Shown piece by piece: positions 29,959 through 40,834 of a stretch of 64,000 nt of DNA. The stretch comes from a virus. Taxonomy: Duplodnaviria; Heunggongvirae; Uroviricota; Caudoviricetes. The notes below the pieces were generated by a model that worked only from the letters and a program-made list of their open reading frames with translations, was not told the DNA's origin and made no database searches. The position numbers were made by a program, and so were the translations under genes. The stretch spans positions 64,001 through 128,000 of IMG/VR virus record IMGVR_UViG_3300026302_000005. One strand, 5' to 3'. The stretch's first letter is position 1. Each line of letters starts with the position of its first letter.

Positions 29959-30028
29959 GACTTTTCCTTGACAGATTGCACTGGACCGGGTATTACACAC
30001 CAAACCATCAACGTCAAGGGGATACTGA

Positions 30029-30556
30029 ATGGCCGTGGGAGATCGATACTACCGGTTTGAACGGTTCACTCCGCAGCAGGTGTTTCGGTGGATCGATGCG
30101 GGGAGAAAGCGTCCGATCCGGATGGATGGGTATCGGATCGATGGCATCATGTCGAACCGCGTCATGACGTATCATCACGGTGGATGCACCTGCGTGGCCT
30201 GTGGGCGTGTCGGAACGCACTTCTTCGCGGAGGCCGATGTCTACGATATGCAGTTGCTCAAGTGGTTCTTCAACCCGCTGGACAACCCGATTCCGACCGC
30301 CCACCTGAATCTGTATGGGTATGACCCGGGTGGTGGCGAGTTCATGATCACGTCCGATCACGTCGTGCCGAAGTCCCGTGGTGGCGATGATGGTGTCGGA
30401 AACCGCGTCCCGCTCTGTGCGTCATGCAATTTCATCAAGGGAAACGACCCGGACTGGTTGACAGACCTACCCAAAAACTCTAAAGGAGACCTCATACATC
30501 GCAAGAACCGGCAACTCAAGATCGCACCGGTCGAGAAGGAACACGCCCATGCCTAG
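30029..30556 (+). CDS. HNH endonuclease
   Basis: CVACG...TSDHVVPKSRGG...N.VPLCASCNFIKGN. Confidence 0.8.
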   Translation: MAVGDRYYRFERFTPQQVFRWIDAGRKRPIRMDGYRIDGIMSNRVMTYHHGGCTCVACGRVGTHFFAEADVYDMQLLKWFFNPLDNPIPTAHLNLYGYDPGGGEFMITSDHVVPKSRGGDDGVGNRVPLCASCNFIKGNDPDWLTDLPKNSKGDLIHRKNRQLKIAPVEKEHAHA

Positions 30557-31110
30557 TCATGGTGGGAAGATACGACCTTGCACCATGCAATGAACTCAGA
30601 GTCGGACAAGTTCATCTTCATTCGATTGATCAGTTTGTGAACCCATTGTATGTTGTCAACCGTATACCCAACAGAGCTATCGATACGATCCAACGATGCA
30701 GTGTTTAGGTCGGGACGGTTGGACCGGGGTGGAAAATTGATCGGGACACCAGACAAAGCACACTTTCGATCCTGGTCTAGGTATTTCTGATATGCTTGCT
30801 CGTGGGTTATATCCACCGGTAACCCACGCCTGACTGCGCCATTTACGATCTGGTGCCAATACAACACCGACATATCACCGACCGCATTCGGGTTACGCAT
30901 AGCTGTGAACTTACATGATGGACAGCGATATACGACGCCGCCAGTGAGATGCGACCCACGGACTATATGCTGATTGCCACACGAACATTGACATGTCCAC
31001 ATAGTTCCGTATTTTTTGTCAGAGTGATTCAACCCCACCACGCGCAGTGTGCCAAAAGTTTTCCCTTCGAGTGATAACCGATGTCCAGCCATTGCATTTC
31101 CCCCATACAT
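30553..31110 (-). CDS. Free-standing homing-endonuclease-like protein
   Basis: G.TFG.L.V...W.CQCSCGN N-terminus; KCALSG, ASLDRIDSS.GY..DNIQWV...N.MK. Confidence 0.75.
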   Translation of the reverse strand: MYGGNAMAGHRLSLEGKTFGTLRVVGLNHSDKKYGTMWTCQCSCGNQHIVRGSHLTGGVVYRCPSCKFTAMRNPNAVGDMSVLYWHQIVNGAVRRGLPVDITHEQAYQKYLDQDRKCALSGVPINFPPRSNRPDLNTASLDRIDSSVGYTVDNIQWVHKLINRMKMNLSDSEFIAWCKVVSSHHD

Positions 31111-31151
31111 GATCTATGTGACTATACTTAGGGGAGATGATGGGGATTCCT

Positions 31152-32045
31152 ATGGCAAATGTTCTTAAAGAGTTGGAGCAGAAGGGGTTGATCAAACCCC
31201 CTAGCTGGTTGGTGGAAAACACGCACTACCTGTGTCAGATGGGGAGTGTGGCATACGGTGTGTCAAACGACTCATCGGATGTGGACCTATACGGGTTCGT
31301 AGTGCCTACCAAGGAACTGATTTTCCCGCACCTGGCGGGCGAGATCGATGGTTTCGGAACCCAGCTTAACCGGTTCTACCAGTATGATCCGCATCACATC
31401 AAGGACCCGGCCAAGGGCAAGGAATACGACCTAGCCATCTACAGCATCGTGAAGTATTTCGATCTCGTCATGGGCTGCAACCCCAACATGATCGACAGCC
31501 TTTTCGTGCCGCGTCGGTGTGTGCTGTTCAGCAGCCCCATCGGGGAGATGGTCCGTGATCGCCGGAAGATGTTCCTGCACAAGGGGGCATGGCACAAGTT
31601 CAAGGGCTATGCCTACTCGCAGCTTCACAAGATCGGTCAGGCCAACAAGTCGAACCCCAAGCGGGCGGCGGATGTCGAAGCCCACGGCTATGACACGAAG
31701 TTCGCCTATCACGTGGTGCGACTCCTGAATGAGGTCGAGCAGATCATGGTCGAACATGATCTGGACATCACGCGGGATCGGGAACAACTCAAAGCGATCC
31801 GTCGCGGTGAGTGGTCGTTGGAGTATCTGCACGAGTGGTTCGAGGCCAAAGAGAAGGCCCTGGAAGGCGTTTATGCATCATCCACACTTCGGTATGGCCC
31901 AGATGAGAAAGCCATCAAGCAGCTTCTTCTGGATTGCCTGGAGCACCACTATGGGTCACTGTCGGGTGCAGTATCTAGGGACAATAGCCATGATCAGCTA
32001 TTGTCGGATATCATGTCAGTCGTGCGGAAATATAAAGTAGATTGA
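31152..32045 (+). CDS. Pol-beta superfamily nucleotidyltransferase (RlaP/Nuc-transf-like)
   Basis: GSVAYG....SDVDLYG, NPN.ID.LF and YDTK.AYH..RLL motifs. Confidence 0.8.
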   Translation: MANVLKELEQKGLIKPPSWLVENTHYLCQMGSVAYGVSNDSSDVDLYGFVVPTKELIFPHLAGEIDGFGTQLNRFYQYDPHHIKDPAKGKEYDLAIYSIVKYFDLVMGCNPNMIDSLFVPRRCVLFSSPIGEMVRDRRKMFLHKGAWHKFKGYAYSQLHKIGQANKSNPKRAADVEAHGYDTKFAYHVVRLLNEVEQIMVEHDLDITRDREQLKAIRRGEWSLEYLHEWFEAKEKALEGVYASSTLRYGPDEKAIKQLLLDCLEHHYGSLSGAVSRDNSHDQLLSDIMSVVRKYKVD

Positions 32046-32059
32046 TGCCGGTTTCGGCA

Positions 32060-35000
32060 TCAATCTAACCACCCCGCCTCGCATAGTTCGCGTGTTGACT
32101 TTGCATAGATTTTTCCGATCCTGCTGGCCCCGCTGGCATCCCAATGCAAACCGTCAGATGTGTCATCACCACTATCCAAGAAGCCAATTCCGAACCGATT
32201 TGGATCGATAAACGCACGTCCATACTGATCGCACATCTGGCGTGTGGCGGTTTGGAAATCAGACAAGAAGTTGCCATTAGCATTGGCAACTCCATGCCGG
32301 TAATCGCTTGTTGGGTAGGTCGCGGATGCTGCCGTCTGTACGACCACTGCGACTGCTGCACCAGGGCGATTTGCCTCACACCATGCAAATGCATTAGCCA
32401 ACGCCCCACGATACGTAGCGGTGGTGGTGTCCGTTACGGTTCCAAGAGGCACATCTGCTGCTGCTACATCATTGACAAGCATGTCGATGATGATCACCTC
32501 GGTGTCCACTGCGATTGATGGCAACAGGGCGGTGACTTGTCCCGATCCATAGTGTGGTACACCCCTAGCGTCTAGTCCCAGTGATCCACCGGAATATCCT
32601 AGTGCTTGTACTATTGCACCGGTTTCAGTTGTAAATGCAGCCGTCATCAGTCCTTGCACCACCAGTGATGTTCCGACAAATGCCACTTTTTTCCCGGATA
32701 GTGGGTGTGCGGCTACCATTGGAGAGGTCTGATCGAATACTCCAAGATATGTTCCAGCATTTGGAGTTAGAGTCATCGAGACATCTTTAATCCAGGATGC
32801 AGATGCAAAATCACTCGGGCCCAAGAGAATGTTTTGTCCACCATCTTTGTACACGTTGACTGAATGGATGAATGCTTGTGATACCCCATCGGACACGCGA
32901 GCCGATCCGGGAACACTGACACCGTCCAATGTCCAGATTTGAAGGTTGGCAGAACCAGATGCTGCTGCAATGATAGTAATGTCACACTCCCATGTTCCAT
33001 TGAGCAGGTACCGGGTTGAGCGAACGGTGGCTGCACCATGATCAATTGCAATCCCCGTTGCCAAATTGATAGACACTGATGCCAACAGCGCCGAATTGCT
33101 GTATAGTCCAATTCGACCCCGAGTTCCCGCTTTTCCATGGATACGAACTTTATATGATGATCCACTTACTATTGCAGGCATTGTTTGATACATGCGAGTA
33201 TTTTTACCAGAACCTGCAACAGATTCTGTCATCGCCCATAGCGTGTTTGTTCCGTTCACGACATCACTGACCGTTTCAGCCACCACAGCGGTGGCTTTAA
33301 CTTCCGTGGCCAGAGATTCTGGATTGGTAACAATTGACGCTGTCGTTATATTCGTTTTTGTAAAATAGTCATCGGATGGCCGCGTGTGAGCCCCATGGAG
33401 ATTCGTAGTTGTTCCCGCTACGCGGAATTCCATTGATTCGATGACAAGACCATTGTTGATATTTCCCAGATATGGACGTATTCCATTGGGGGATGGTCGG
33501 ATTTGGGGAGTACATGTACCGGTGGTGTTTGCTGTGCCTGATGCTATGCACTCATACATTCCACCCCCGATATATTTCATTGATCCAGTTCCGCCAGCCG
33601 TCACAAATGTTCCATTCACCAAATCAAAGGTGATATCCCAATTTATATATGCATTGGAGAACAAATTCATATATCTGTTTTCTGCTGCCGCAGCTATTAT
33701 CACATGCTCATATGTGACACCAATTGTAATTGGTGTCTGATTACGATACATTGTTGGTGAGATTGTTCCCGCCGTATCTACTATACGTTCGGCTACTACT
33801 GGCATTCCGGCTGCTATTTTTAGCTTTCGAGTTGCTGTATCTATAATAGCTGGATCAGTTTCAACCCCCATTACCGCCATGGCATTAATCACTACGGTAG
33901 CCATGCGATCATTGCCTTGATCAGATGGGTGCAATCCATCTGATAGTAGTCCAGCACCAACCCAATCAATTGCATCAACTGGAAGTATTGTAATTCCACG
34001 TGATTCATACAAGGCCCGTAGTGGCCCAATGACGGCATCAAAAGTTCGACCACCGGTATAGGTGACGTTCCACGCACTAGATGGCCGGATGGGCAATACC
34101 GCAAACATGCGTGTTACGCCTCCTGCTGCTAGCTCGTCAAGGACCGCAGTAGCATTTGAAAGTATTGTGGGAACAGTGGTTCCAAATGAGTCATTGATAC
34201 CAAGAGCTATGATAGGTACGGCTTTACCTCCGGCATATGATGCTTGTTTCAATATAGACTTTACAGCGGTTGGATTGAAATTGCTGAACTTATATGACCC
34301 ATGTGCGGCTCGCATTGTCCGAACACGACGTGGTGCTGTTGCTGTAGTGGATTGATTTACGCCCATACGAATTAGTCCGGTGATTTCTACCGGACCACCA
34401 ACAGCGGTAACACGGTACGTGCCACTGGTGATTTGACCGGTGGCAGGAAACCCACTGTGTACGTCTAATGCGGTTGTACCACTGGCATATGATTTCGATG
34501 CATATACGATGGTATCGTATGCGATGGATAGGGTTCCTGCACCGGAAATTTCTTTGGCGAACACATCTACCTGCTCGTATGCACCAACAAATTCAAAATA
34601 ATTACCATCGGCTAGAATTAGACTTTCGCCAATTGGACCACTCGTGCCCGTGGTACCACCAGATACTGTTACTCCGTAAAATGCTGGTGTATAAGTACTG
34701 GATGGCCGCAACGCCGTCATGATCGGTTCGTCTGATGCAATCCCCAAGTTCATATATGACGTGAACCGGTTAAACCAATGAGATGCTCCGGTAGCTGCAT
34801 ACGCGAAATGGCTGATTGAGTCGCCGATCAACGTTATGACATCACCTGCCGCAATATGTCGAGCAAGACTTGATCTTATAGCGGATAGTAGTGTGGTGGA
34901 ACTTGGCTCGGGTGGTAGGAAAATACGAGTTCCATTGAGGAATGGACGCCCTGGTCCCCAAAACCCATTACCACTGCCTGGGAGTGAGGTAACGGAATAA

Positions 35001-37609
35001 TCTCCTGGTGGAACATATGGTGCTGGGTGTGCCCCTCGTGCCGCCGAGAACAATGCCGTGGCATCTACTACTCCAGTCTTATCGGCGGATTCAAAATAAT
35101 TTAATCCGGTTCCGCTTGGCATAGACATAGTGGCCGCAGCCTGTAGCCCAGTTTTGATTGTCAGGGCCAATTCAAACCTATGCTGACTGGTTTGTATTAC
35201 GGCACTTCCTGCTGGAAGAGACGTCTGGTACCAATAAGAAACTCCCTGTGGATTTACCGAATTTTGGAATTTTATCCCAACTGTACCGACAACATAAACC
35301 CCTGCATATTGCCCTTCTGTGATTGGTACAGAAACGAGGATATCATTGATCCCCGAGGACACCGTTACATCCTGGTACGCCGTAATCGTGGCTATGGGTC
35401 CTGCACCTATGGTGGCGGCAAATACTCTTACGGAACCTCCAGCGTTTGCTGCGATTTGCAACCGCGTAATGCGACCATCTCCCGGTGCTGCCGTCTGTAG
35501 GATAATAGTGTAATTGGAGGCAGTAGACCCTGTGGCAACCAATGACGGCCACCCAGGTGAGACTATCGATCCTACCACATCCGCCATTGTATTTGCGAGA
35601 GAGTATCCAATTTCGGCTTTGGCTTTAGTATTTGCACTAAGCGACATGCGTATATTAGCCACACTAACGGTGATAGCCGTCTTTGCCGTGGATACTGTGG
35701 GTATTGCAGCGGTTGACCAACAAATTGGAGAAGCTACTGAATAGTAATAGGTTCCCAGATTTCCCATTCCAACTATACAGCCAGCCGGTACCACTACTTG
35801 TGTAATTACGCTATTTTCTCCAATCGCCAATGTAATCGGCGTACTGCTAACCAGTGATAGAGACCCATCAACTTCAATCTGTGCCACTAGTATACTTGCT
35901 GTCCGCGCTACTGCCACAGCAACTTCGACCAAGGTAAGGGCCTGTTCGTATGCCCTTACAGAGTCTGGCCAAAAATAGCATGTGCTATTGACTGCGGTGA
36001 GTCCTGATGCGATTGGGGGTAGCCCTACTACAGTGGTACCGATTTCATTATCCACCACAGGAGCTATATCCGATCCCAGCTTTGCATGGGCCATTGTAGT
36101 CCCAATGAGGGTTAGTTTGTGATGGATATTTGTCGTCGTTCCGATTGTTTTCGTGGTTGAAGTTGTTGGTGCCGCAGCAGTTTTCCACACTGGAGTTCCA
36201 GTGGTGGCTGTGTAGTAAAATGCACCCATTTTACCAAGACCTACTACACATCCTGCTGGAACAAAAATGTTAGTTACAAAGGTATTTGTTCCAATTGCAG
36301 CCTCTGCATAATGCATCTTAACCAAAGATAGAGAGCCGTCTATTTCGACACGGGATACTACGATTTGGATATATCGAGCCGCGTTTACTGCAACTTCAAT
36401 CTGGCTTAGTAGCTGATCGTATGATTTTAGAGTATCTGGCCAATAGTAAAACGATTCATTTAGTCCAATTAAACCAGTTGCTGTTGTGGTATTACCAACA
36501 ATCTGTCCAACCAATTCGCGATTGATTACCGTTGAAGATGCATATGTAGTTACATAGGTGGCTACCGGACCGGCATCGACTTTATAGAGGATAGTTGCTG
36601 TATCACTACCAGTGACTGGGACGCTAAAATGTCCTCCTACCGGAGTATTGACACCAATTGTCAATACCAAATTCTCACCAGTTAATCCACCGGCTCCAGT
36701 TAGGGTAATTCCTGTTGGATCAGCCGAATATTCACCCGGTTGGTCCACGGCCACTGCTATGATCACTCCACCCAGAATGGTTGCAGTTCCGGTGGCCGGA
36801 ATGACTGCTGTACCACCGGATGCCACCCAGGTGGCGGTAACCGGTCCCGCAGGTCCTCCAGTCCCTCCCGATACAATGGTGACAGCACGAACACCACGAC
36901 CAATTCCATGTGCAGTAGTGAGGTATACCCCGTTATTGCGATAGATGGTATCGCGAACCGCATTTGCCTCATTTGCACTAAGTTGAGCTTGTGCACTACT
37001 TGCAATAGCAACATTTCGTGCAGCTATTGCAGCATTCTTGGCGCTGGTAGCCACACTTGCCTGTGCGGTCGCATCTATGTCTGATGCCAATGCCGAGGCA
37101 GAATAAACTCCAGCCTGGTTGGTCAGTGTAGTAACGATACCACGATCTATGGTTGTTTGTTCTGCATTCTGTGTGGTCGTCAATACTGATGCATCTAGAA
37201 CACCCAAATCTACTCTTGCCACGATATTTTCCGCTTCCTCTATAAAGAGTGGGCGTATCCATTGGGTGTTGTTGAAAAATCCAGTTGTTAGGAACGGAAT
37301 TGATGCAGGGTTTGCACTATATGTCTTGTCGCCATATGTTACCGTAAAGGATGAGTTTGATACATCCAATCCAGCCGTAAACGTAACCGGTGCCAGATAA
37401 CCGGCATTGCCAACATTGGTCCACCCCTGGGTGGTGTAGGTTTCGAATCTATCAACATCGGTATTATACCGAATTGTTCCTGGAACTGGTGTACCCGAAC
37501 GCTCGGCGGACGAACCGGATGGAACAATAATTCCCTCCGATCCGACACTTCTTAGGTCAACAACATTATCAGGAAAAGCTGCATTTTTCCAATAGATAGA
37601 TTTGTTCAT
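32060..37609 (-). CDS. Tail fibre / receptor-binding protein with two SGNH-hydrolase domains
   Basis: N-terminal VPSGSSAER...GTIRYNTD..RFE fibre motif; internal beta repeats; GDS..GIND..DGLHP and GTS..VND..DGLHW. Confidence 0.75.
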   Translation of the reverse strand: MNKSIYWKNAAFPDNVVDLRSVGSEGIIVPSGSSAERSGTPVPGTIRYNTDVDRFETYTTQGWTNVGNAGYLAPVTFTAGLDVSNSSFTVTYGDKTYSANPASIPFLTTGFFNNTQWIRPLFIEEAENIVARVDLGVLDASVLTTTQNAEQTTIDRGIVTTLTNQAGVYSASALASDIDATAQASVATSAKNAAIAARNVAIASSAQAQLSANEANAVRDTIYRNNGVYLTTAHGIGRGVRAVTIVSGGTGGPAGPVTATWVASGGTAVIPATGTATILGGVIIAVAVDQPGEYSADPTGITLTGAGGLTGENLVLTIGVNTPVGGHFSVPVTGSDTATILYKVDAGPVATYVTTYASSTVINRELVGQIVGNTTTATGLIGLNESFYYWPDTLKSYDQLLSQIEVAVNAARYIQIVVSRVEIDGSLSLVKMHYAEAAIGTNTFVTNIFVPAGCVVGLGKMGAFYYTATTGTPVWKTAAAPTTSTTKTIGTTTNIHHKLTLIGTTMAHAKLGSDIAPVVDNEIGTTVVGLPPIASGLTAVNSTCYFWPDSVRAYEQALTLVEVAVAVARTASILVAQIEVDGSLSLVSSTPITLAIGENSVITQVVVPAGCIVGMGNLGTYYYSVASPICWSTAAIPTVSTAKTAITVSVANIRMSLSANTKAKAEIGYSLANTMADVVGSIVSPGWPSLVATGSTASNYTIILQTAAPGDGRITRLQIAANAGGSVRVFAATIGAGPIATITAYQDVTVSSGINDILVSVPITEGQYAGVYVVGTVGIKFQNSVNPQGVSYWYQTSLPAGSAVIQTSQHRFELALTIKTGLQAAATMSMPSGTGLNYFESADKTGVVDATALFSAARGAHPAPYVPPGDYSVTSLPGSGNGFWGPGRPFLNGTRIFLPPEPSSTTLLSAIRSSLARHIAAGDVITLIGDSISHFAYAATGASHWFNRFTSYMNLGIASDEPIMTALRPSSTYTPAFYGVTVSGGTTGTSGPIGESLILADGNYFEFVGAYEQVDVFAKEISGAGTLSIAYDTIVYASKSYASGTTALDVHSGFPATGQITSGTYRVTAVGGPVEITGLIRMGVNQSTTATAPRRVRTMRAAHGSYKFSNFNPTAVKSILKQASYAGGKAVPIIALGINDSFGTTVPTILSNATAVLDELAAGGVTRMFAVLPIRPSSAWNVTYTGGRTFDAVIGPLRALYESRGITILPVDAIDWVGAGLLSDGLHPSDQGNDRMATVVINAMAVMGVETDPAIIDTATRKLKIAAGMPVVAERIVDTAGTISPTMYRNQTPITIGVTYEHVIIAAAAENRYMNLFSNAYINWDITFDLVNGTFVTAGGTGSMKYIGGGMYECIASGTANTTGTCTPQIRPSPNGIRPYLGNINNGLVIESMEFRVAGTTTNLHGAHTRPSDDYFTKTNITTASIVTNPESLATEVKATAVVAETVSDVVNGTNTLWAMTESVAGSGKNTRMYQTMPAIVSGSSYKVRIHGKAGTRGRIGLYSNSALLASVSINLATGIAIDHGAATVRSTRYLLNGTWECDITIIAAASGSANLQIWTLDGVSVPGSARVSDGVSQAFIHSVNVYKDGGQNILLGPSDFASASWIKDVSMTLTPNAGTYLGVFDQTSPMVAAHPLSGKKVAFVGTSLVVQGLMTAAFTTETGAIVQALGYSGGSLGLDARGVPHYGSGQVTALLPSIAVDTEVIIIDMLVNDVAAADVPLGTVTDTTTATYRGALANAFAWCEANRPGAAVAVVVQTAASATYPTSDYRHGVANANGNFLSDFQTATRQMCDQYGRAFIDPNRFGIGFLDSGDDTSDGLHWDASGASRIGKIYAKSTRELCEAGWLD

Positions 37610-37662
37610 TACTTTACTTTCCTGGTTACTGCCGTCGAGTTGAATGGGACGGATCGTATAGA

Positions 37663-39597
37663 TTACATCTCGTAACCAATAACCACCAGTTTCAAATCGA
37701 AGGTGACTGCATTAGCAAGTGCAACAAGATTATAGCGAAGAGTGCTGTTTGACGTCAAAACTTGGTATGCTGCTCCCGCTGCTCCCGAAACTGCCGGGAA
37801 TGCATTTTCCCCGAGGCCGATTGGCAACACCTGTCCTGCTGTATTGAAGCTGTATGCAACTGGGTTGAAGATGTTCGGGTTCGACACGTTATCCAAAATT
37901 TGGTTGTACGTACCCTGCGTTCCCACATTCATGCGCAGTGTAGCGCCCGATGAGAACCCTGCCACGTTTTCAATTTGCACAAAGATGCGAGAGATGATGG
38001 CAGTACGTCCCGTCGGTACCACGTAGATAGGGGCACTTCCAATTACTCCGCTCAACGATCCCGTCGGTACCGTGATGGTACCGAGCACCTTTTCTCCCTG
38101 GAAAATACCAGAGATAGCAACGCTGTTGTTGGCAGAGGCAGCACCGCCAAGAGTAATGCTGTGGGCATCACCATCGATATTGATCATATTGACGCCACCG
38201 CCTGCAATACCAACTGCATTTGGCCCAATGCGATACATACCCGTATCATCATCATTGGTGAATGAGTAGGTTGGTGCAGACACTCCCATGGTAGCGGCCT
38301 GCATGTGCGGTCCACCAGTCGTCACACCAGTCCCGATGATGAAGCTGGTTCCGGTCATACGAACGAATTGGGCCCCACCGATAGCAATCCCGATGTTTCC
38401 ACCACCGATCAGATACATACCCGACGTATTGTATGGACTTGCGAATGCCAACCCGGGGGTGCCCTCAGTGCCATTAGCAATACGCAATGCACCAGTCATG
38501 GTCCCACCGGTGGTGCGGACTGAGGTAGTAGCCAGTGCATCGATTTGCCCTTGGACGCCACCCGTCACCCCTTGTAGGTAATTGTGCTCCACCAGGGTAA
38601 TTGCGTTTCCAGTGATTTCATCGATACCAATGGTGGTGGCGATATTGCGCTTTGCATTGAGTTGTGTTTGAATATTGCTGGTAGACCCATTCAGATTTCC
38701 CAATTCAGTAATACTGATTTGTCCAGGGTACCCATTGGTTCCAGAGGAAATACCGGCCAGTGTGTTCAAATCATTTACCGATGCGGTAAGTCCAGATAGC
38801 GGGGGCATCGAGGTGATAAACGATTCAACGTTGTGGGTAAGCCCTGTCAGATTTCCAAATTCGGTTGCAGTGATGCCATGCGCTGCATATCCACTGATAC
38901 TGTTGATGTCAACAACGGGGGCAGTGATGCTGGCCACGCGATTAAGATCGCCTGCCGTTCCAGCGAAATCAGCAAGTTTGTTGAAATCGTCGGTGCGCAA
39001 CCCATATGCCCAGGTTCCGGCCAAGTTGTTTATATCGCGTACATCAGTGACGGTGATATTCCCGGTACCAATTTTGTTTTGTTTGCCAGTGGCCCCATTT
39101 GTTCCGTCGAGTAGATCGGTAATGGTTTTCGACAAATCGTTTGAATAGTACACGTCGTCCGACGTAAATTGTGGGACCACAATTGAATTGATTTTGAAAC
39201 CTGTTCCTGATCCAGCTACACGGTTTGCAGACTCGACAAATGCGGTTGCAGGGGTCGCGCCCTGAGAACCCTGGATGGTACGGTTCACGGAATCTGCCAA
39301 AACAGCAATGGCACCCTGAGTGGACGCGGTGATTTTTGCACGGATGTTCGGCGCATTCGATTGAACTTCCAGTATCAGGTTGGCAGTGTGACCAGTGAAC
39401 GTTACATTCAAGAGTTCGGTATAGTCGTTGTTTCCGGGAGTTGGGGAATAGCTGCCTTGAATTGACACAGCCCCACTGAACCCGACGCCGACCTGTGGAT
39501 TGAATTGGATTATACGTGCACTGTCAGAACCTGAAAAATTCTGTCCGGTATATGCTTGTACGACGTTGCTTTGTGAAATCAGGACCTTGTTGGCCAT
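37663..39597 (-). CDS. Tail fibre/structural protein
   Basis: EL..L.G.T.NIQTQLN repeats, GGTMTGAL and P..SF..D.DTGMYR motifs; TAAATA at 39645. Confidence 0.7.
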   Translation of the reverse strand: MANKVLISQSNVVQAYTGQNFSGSDSARIIQFNPQVGVGFSGAVSIQGSYSPTPGNNDYTELLNVTFTGHTANLILEVQSNAPNIRAKITASTQGAIAVLADSVNRTIQGSQGATPATAFVESANRVAGSGTGFKINSIVVPQFTSDDVYYSNDLSKTITDLLDGTNGATGKQNKIGTGNITVTDVRDINNLAGTWAYGLRTDDFNKLADFAGTAGDLNRVASITAPVVDINSISGYAAHGITATEFGNLTGLTHNVESFITSMPPLSGLTASVNDLNTLAGISSGTNGYPGQISITELGNLNGSTSNIQTQLNAKRNIATTIGIDEITGNAITLVEHNYLQGVTGGVQGQIDALATTSVRTTGGTMTGALRIANGTEGTPGLAFASPYNTSGMYLIGGGNIGIAIGGAQFVRMTGTSFIIGTGVTTGGPHMQAATMGVSAPTYSFTNDDDTGMYRIGPNAVGIAGGGVNMINIDGDAHSITLGGAASANNSVAISGIFQGEKVLGTITVPTGSLSGVIGSAPIYVVPTGRTAIISRIFVQIENVAGFSSGATLRMNVGTQGTYNQILDNVSNPNIFNPVAYSFNTAGQVLPIGLGENAFPAVSGAAGAAYQVLTSNSTLRYNLVALANAVTFDLKLVVIGYEM

Positions 39598-39686
39598 AAT
39601 GGTATGCTCCATGTTGAGTTTCGTTCGCCGAAGCGGCACACTCGTATTTATCGGAACTGCTAGATACTACGGTGGAGACCATCATC

Positions 39687-40082
39687 ATGCATAAGAACAC
39701 GACATCGACCAAAAGAACAGCGGCGTGGAGAGACCGGAAACGGGATCACCACAACAGTTACCATCGGCAATATCGAGGCCGATCCATAGAGGAGATGCTG
39801 GTTGATCCTGATGAGATATGGTTTGTCACGGAGCCACGACAAAGAAAGGCTCTAAAGCGGGCTACCCCGGGCTGGGCCGATCATGCAGAAATCCGGATGG
39901 TATATGAAAAGTGCGTCCAGGTTAGCCGTCGGTATCCTGGGACAGGATTCGTGGTTCGCCACATCATACCGATTTCACACTCTCATGTGTGTGGGTTGCA
40001 TGTAGCCGGTAATCTTGAGATCGTCAGTTTGTCACGAAAGAAACAGCTTGGGAGACGATTCAGGGTTACTTCCAGTCTGTAG
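39687..40082 (+). CDS. Degenerate HNH-family protein
   Basis: ATPGWAD...HIIP....VCGLHV.GNL family pattern, but VRH in place of VDH. Confidence 0.55.
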   Translation: MHKNTTSTKRTAAWRDRKRDHHNSYHRQYRGRSIEEMLVDPDEIWFVTEPRQRKALKRATPGWADHAEIRMVYEKCVQVSRRYPGTGFVVRHIIPISHSHVCGLHVAGNLEIVSLSRKKQLGRRFRVTSSL

Positions 40083-40443
40083 AAATGACCACTTGTCCCT
40101 CACCAACTACATCTACGACAATACGAATCGCCGTCCAGTTTGGATGAATGCTTGGTAGTATCGGGGTCAGGCCCAGAGACTGGTCAATAGTGGCCGGTCC
40201 AATTGATGCCCAGGAAAGAGGATCGGCTTGTTTCTCACGAGTGAAAACGTTGGGACCATCGTTTCCGACCAACTGGAACGTTGGGGTTTCTTCTACACGA
40301 ACCGCACCAGTCCCGAAGACCTGAACGAACAACTGAGGGGTGATGGGAAATGCCGATAGTTGGACATTGTAGTTGGTTCCCTCGATAGGACCGAGAAACT
40401 CCACAATGGTCTGTCCGACCGCTTTTCCGATAAGTTTCGCCAT
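40066..40443 (-). CDS. Small late (probably structural) protein
   Basis: TAAATA at 40472, GAGG SD, beta-rich. Confidence 0.65.
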   Translation of the reverse strand: MAKLIGKAVGQTIVEFLGPIEGTNYNVQLSAFPITPQLFVQVFGTGAVRVEETPTFQLVGNDGPNVFTREKQADPLSWASIGPATIDQSLGLTPILPSIHPNWTAIRIVVDVVGEGQVVISTDWK

Positions 40444-40519
40444 GATTCGTTTCCTCTAGCTCTAACCATGGTATTTAGGACAACAGTGGCCGACGTTTAG
40501 ACCAACCATGTGGATCGGA

Positions 40520-40834
40520 CTATTCCTCTGATACAGGCCACTCCGTGGGTAGATCAATCGGTAGCTTACCAATCGGGCTATATGGCACTGGGTGGTAAAT
40601 CCCCAGACTGTTGGTGGGTGCAAGAATGTGTTCGTATGATCCCTGGCAGTGATCGAAGTGTAACGGAATGAACATCGCGTCTACTACCTCTTGGAACAGT
40701 TTCCATGTGGCGTCACCCTCTAATGCCCCACGTCTCCACGCCCGTGCCGACAAGGTTTCATTCGGGTATCCACCGAGAATAGTATTGATCAGTTGGTCCA
40801 ATCCAATTAGCACCCTCAGGGAATAAATTTTCAC
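40520..40834 (-). CDS. Conserved late phage protein
   Basis: LDQL.NT.LGG.PNETLSARAWR...HC motif; TAAATA at 40860; GAGGAGG SD. Confidence 0.7.
   Translation of the reverse strand: MKIYSLRVLIGLDQLINTILGGYPNETLSARAWRRGALEGDATWKLFQEVVDAMFIPLHFDHCQGSYEHILAPTNSLGIYHPVPYSPIGKLPIDLPTEWPVSEE

Noticed and set aside
30029-31110. Convergent endonuclease pair as a group I intron
   Set aside because: Neither ORF interrupts a recognisable gene; they appear free-standing.
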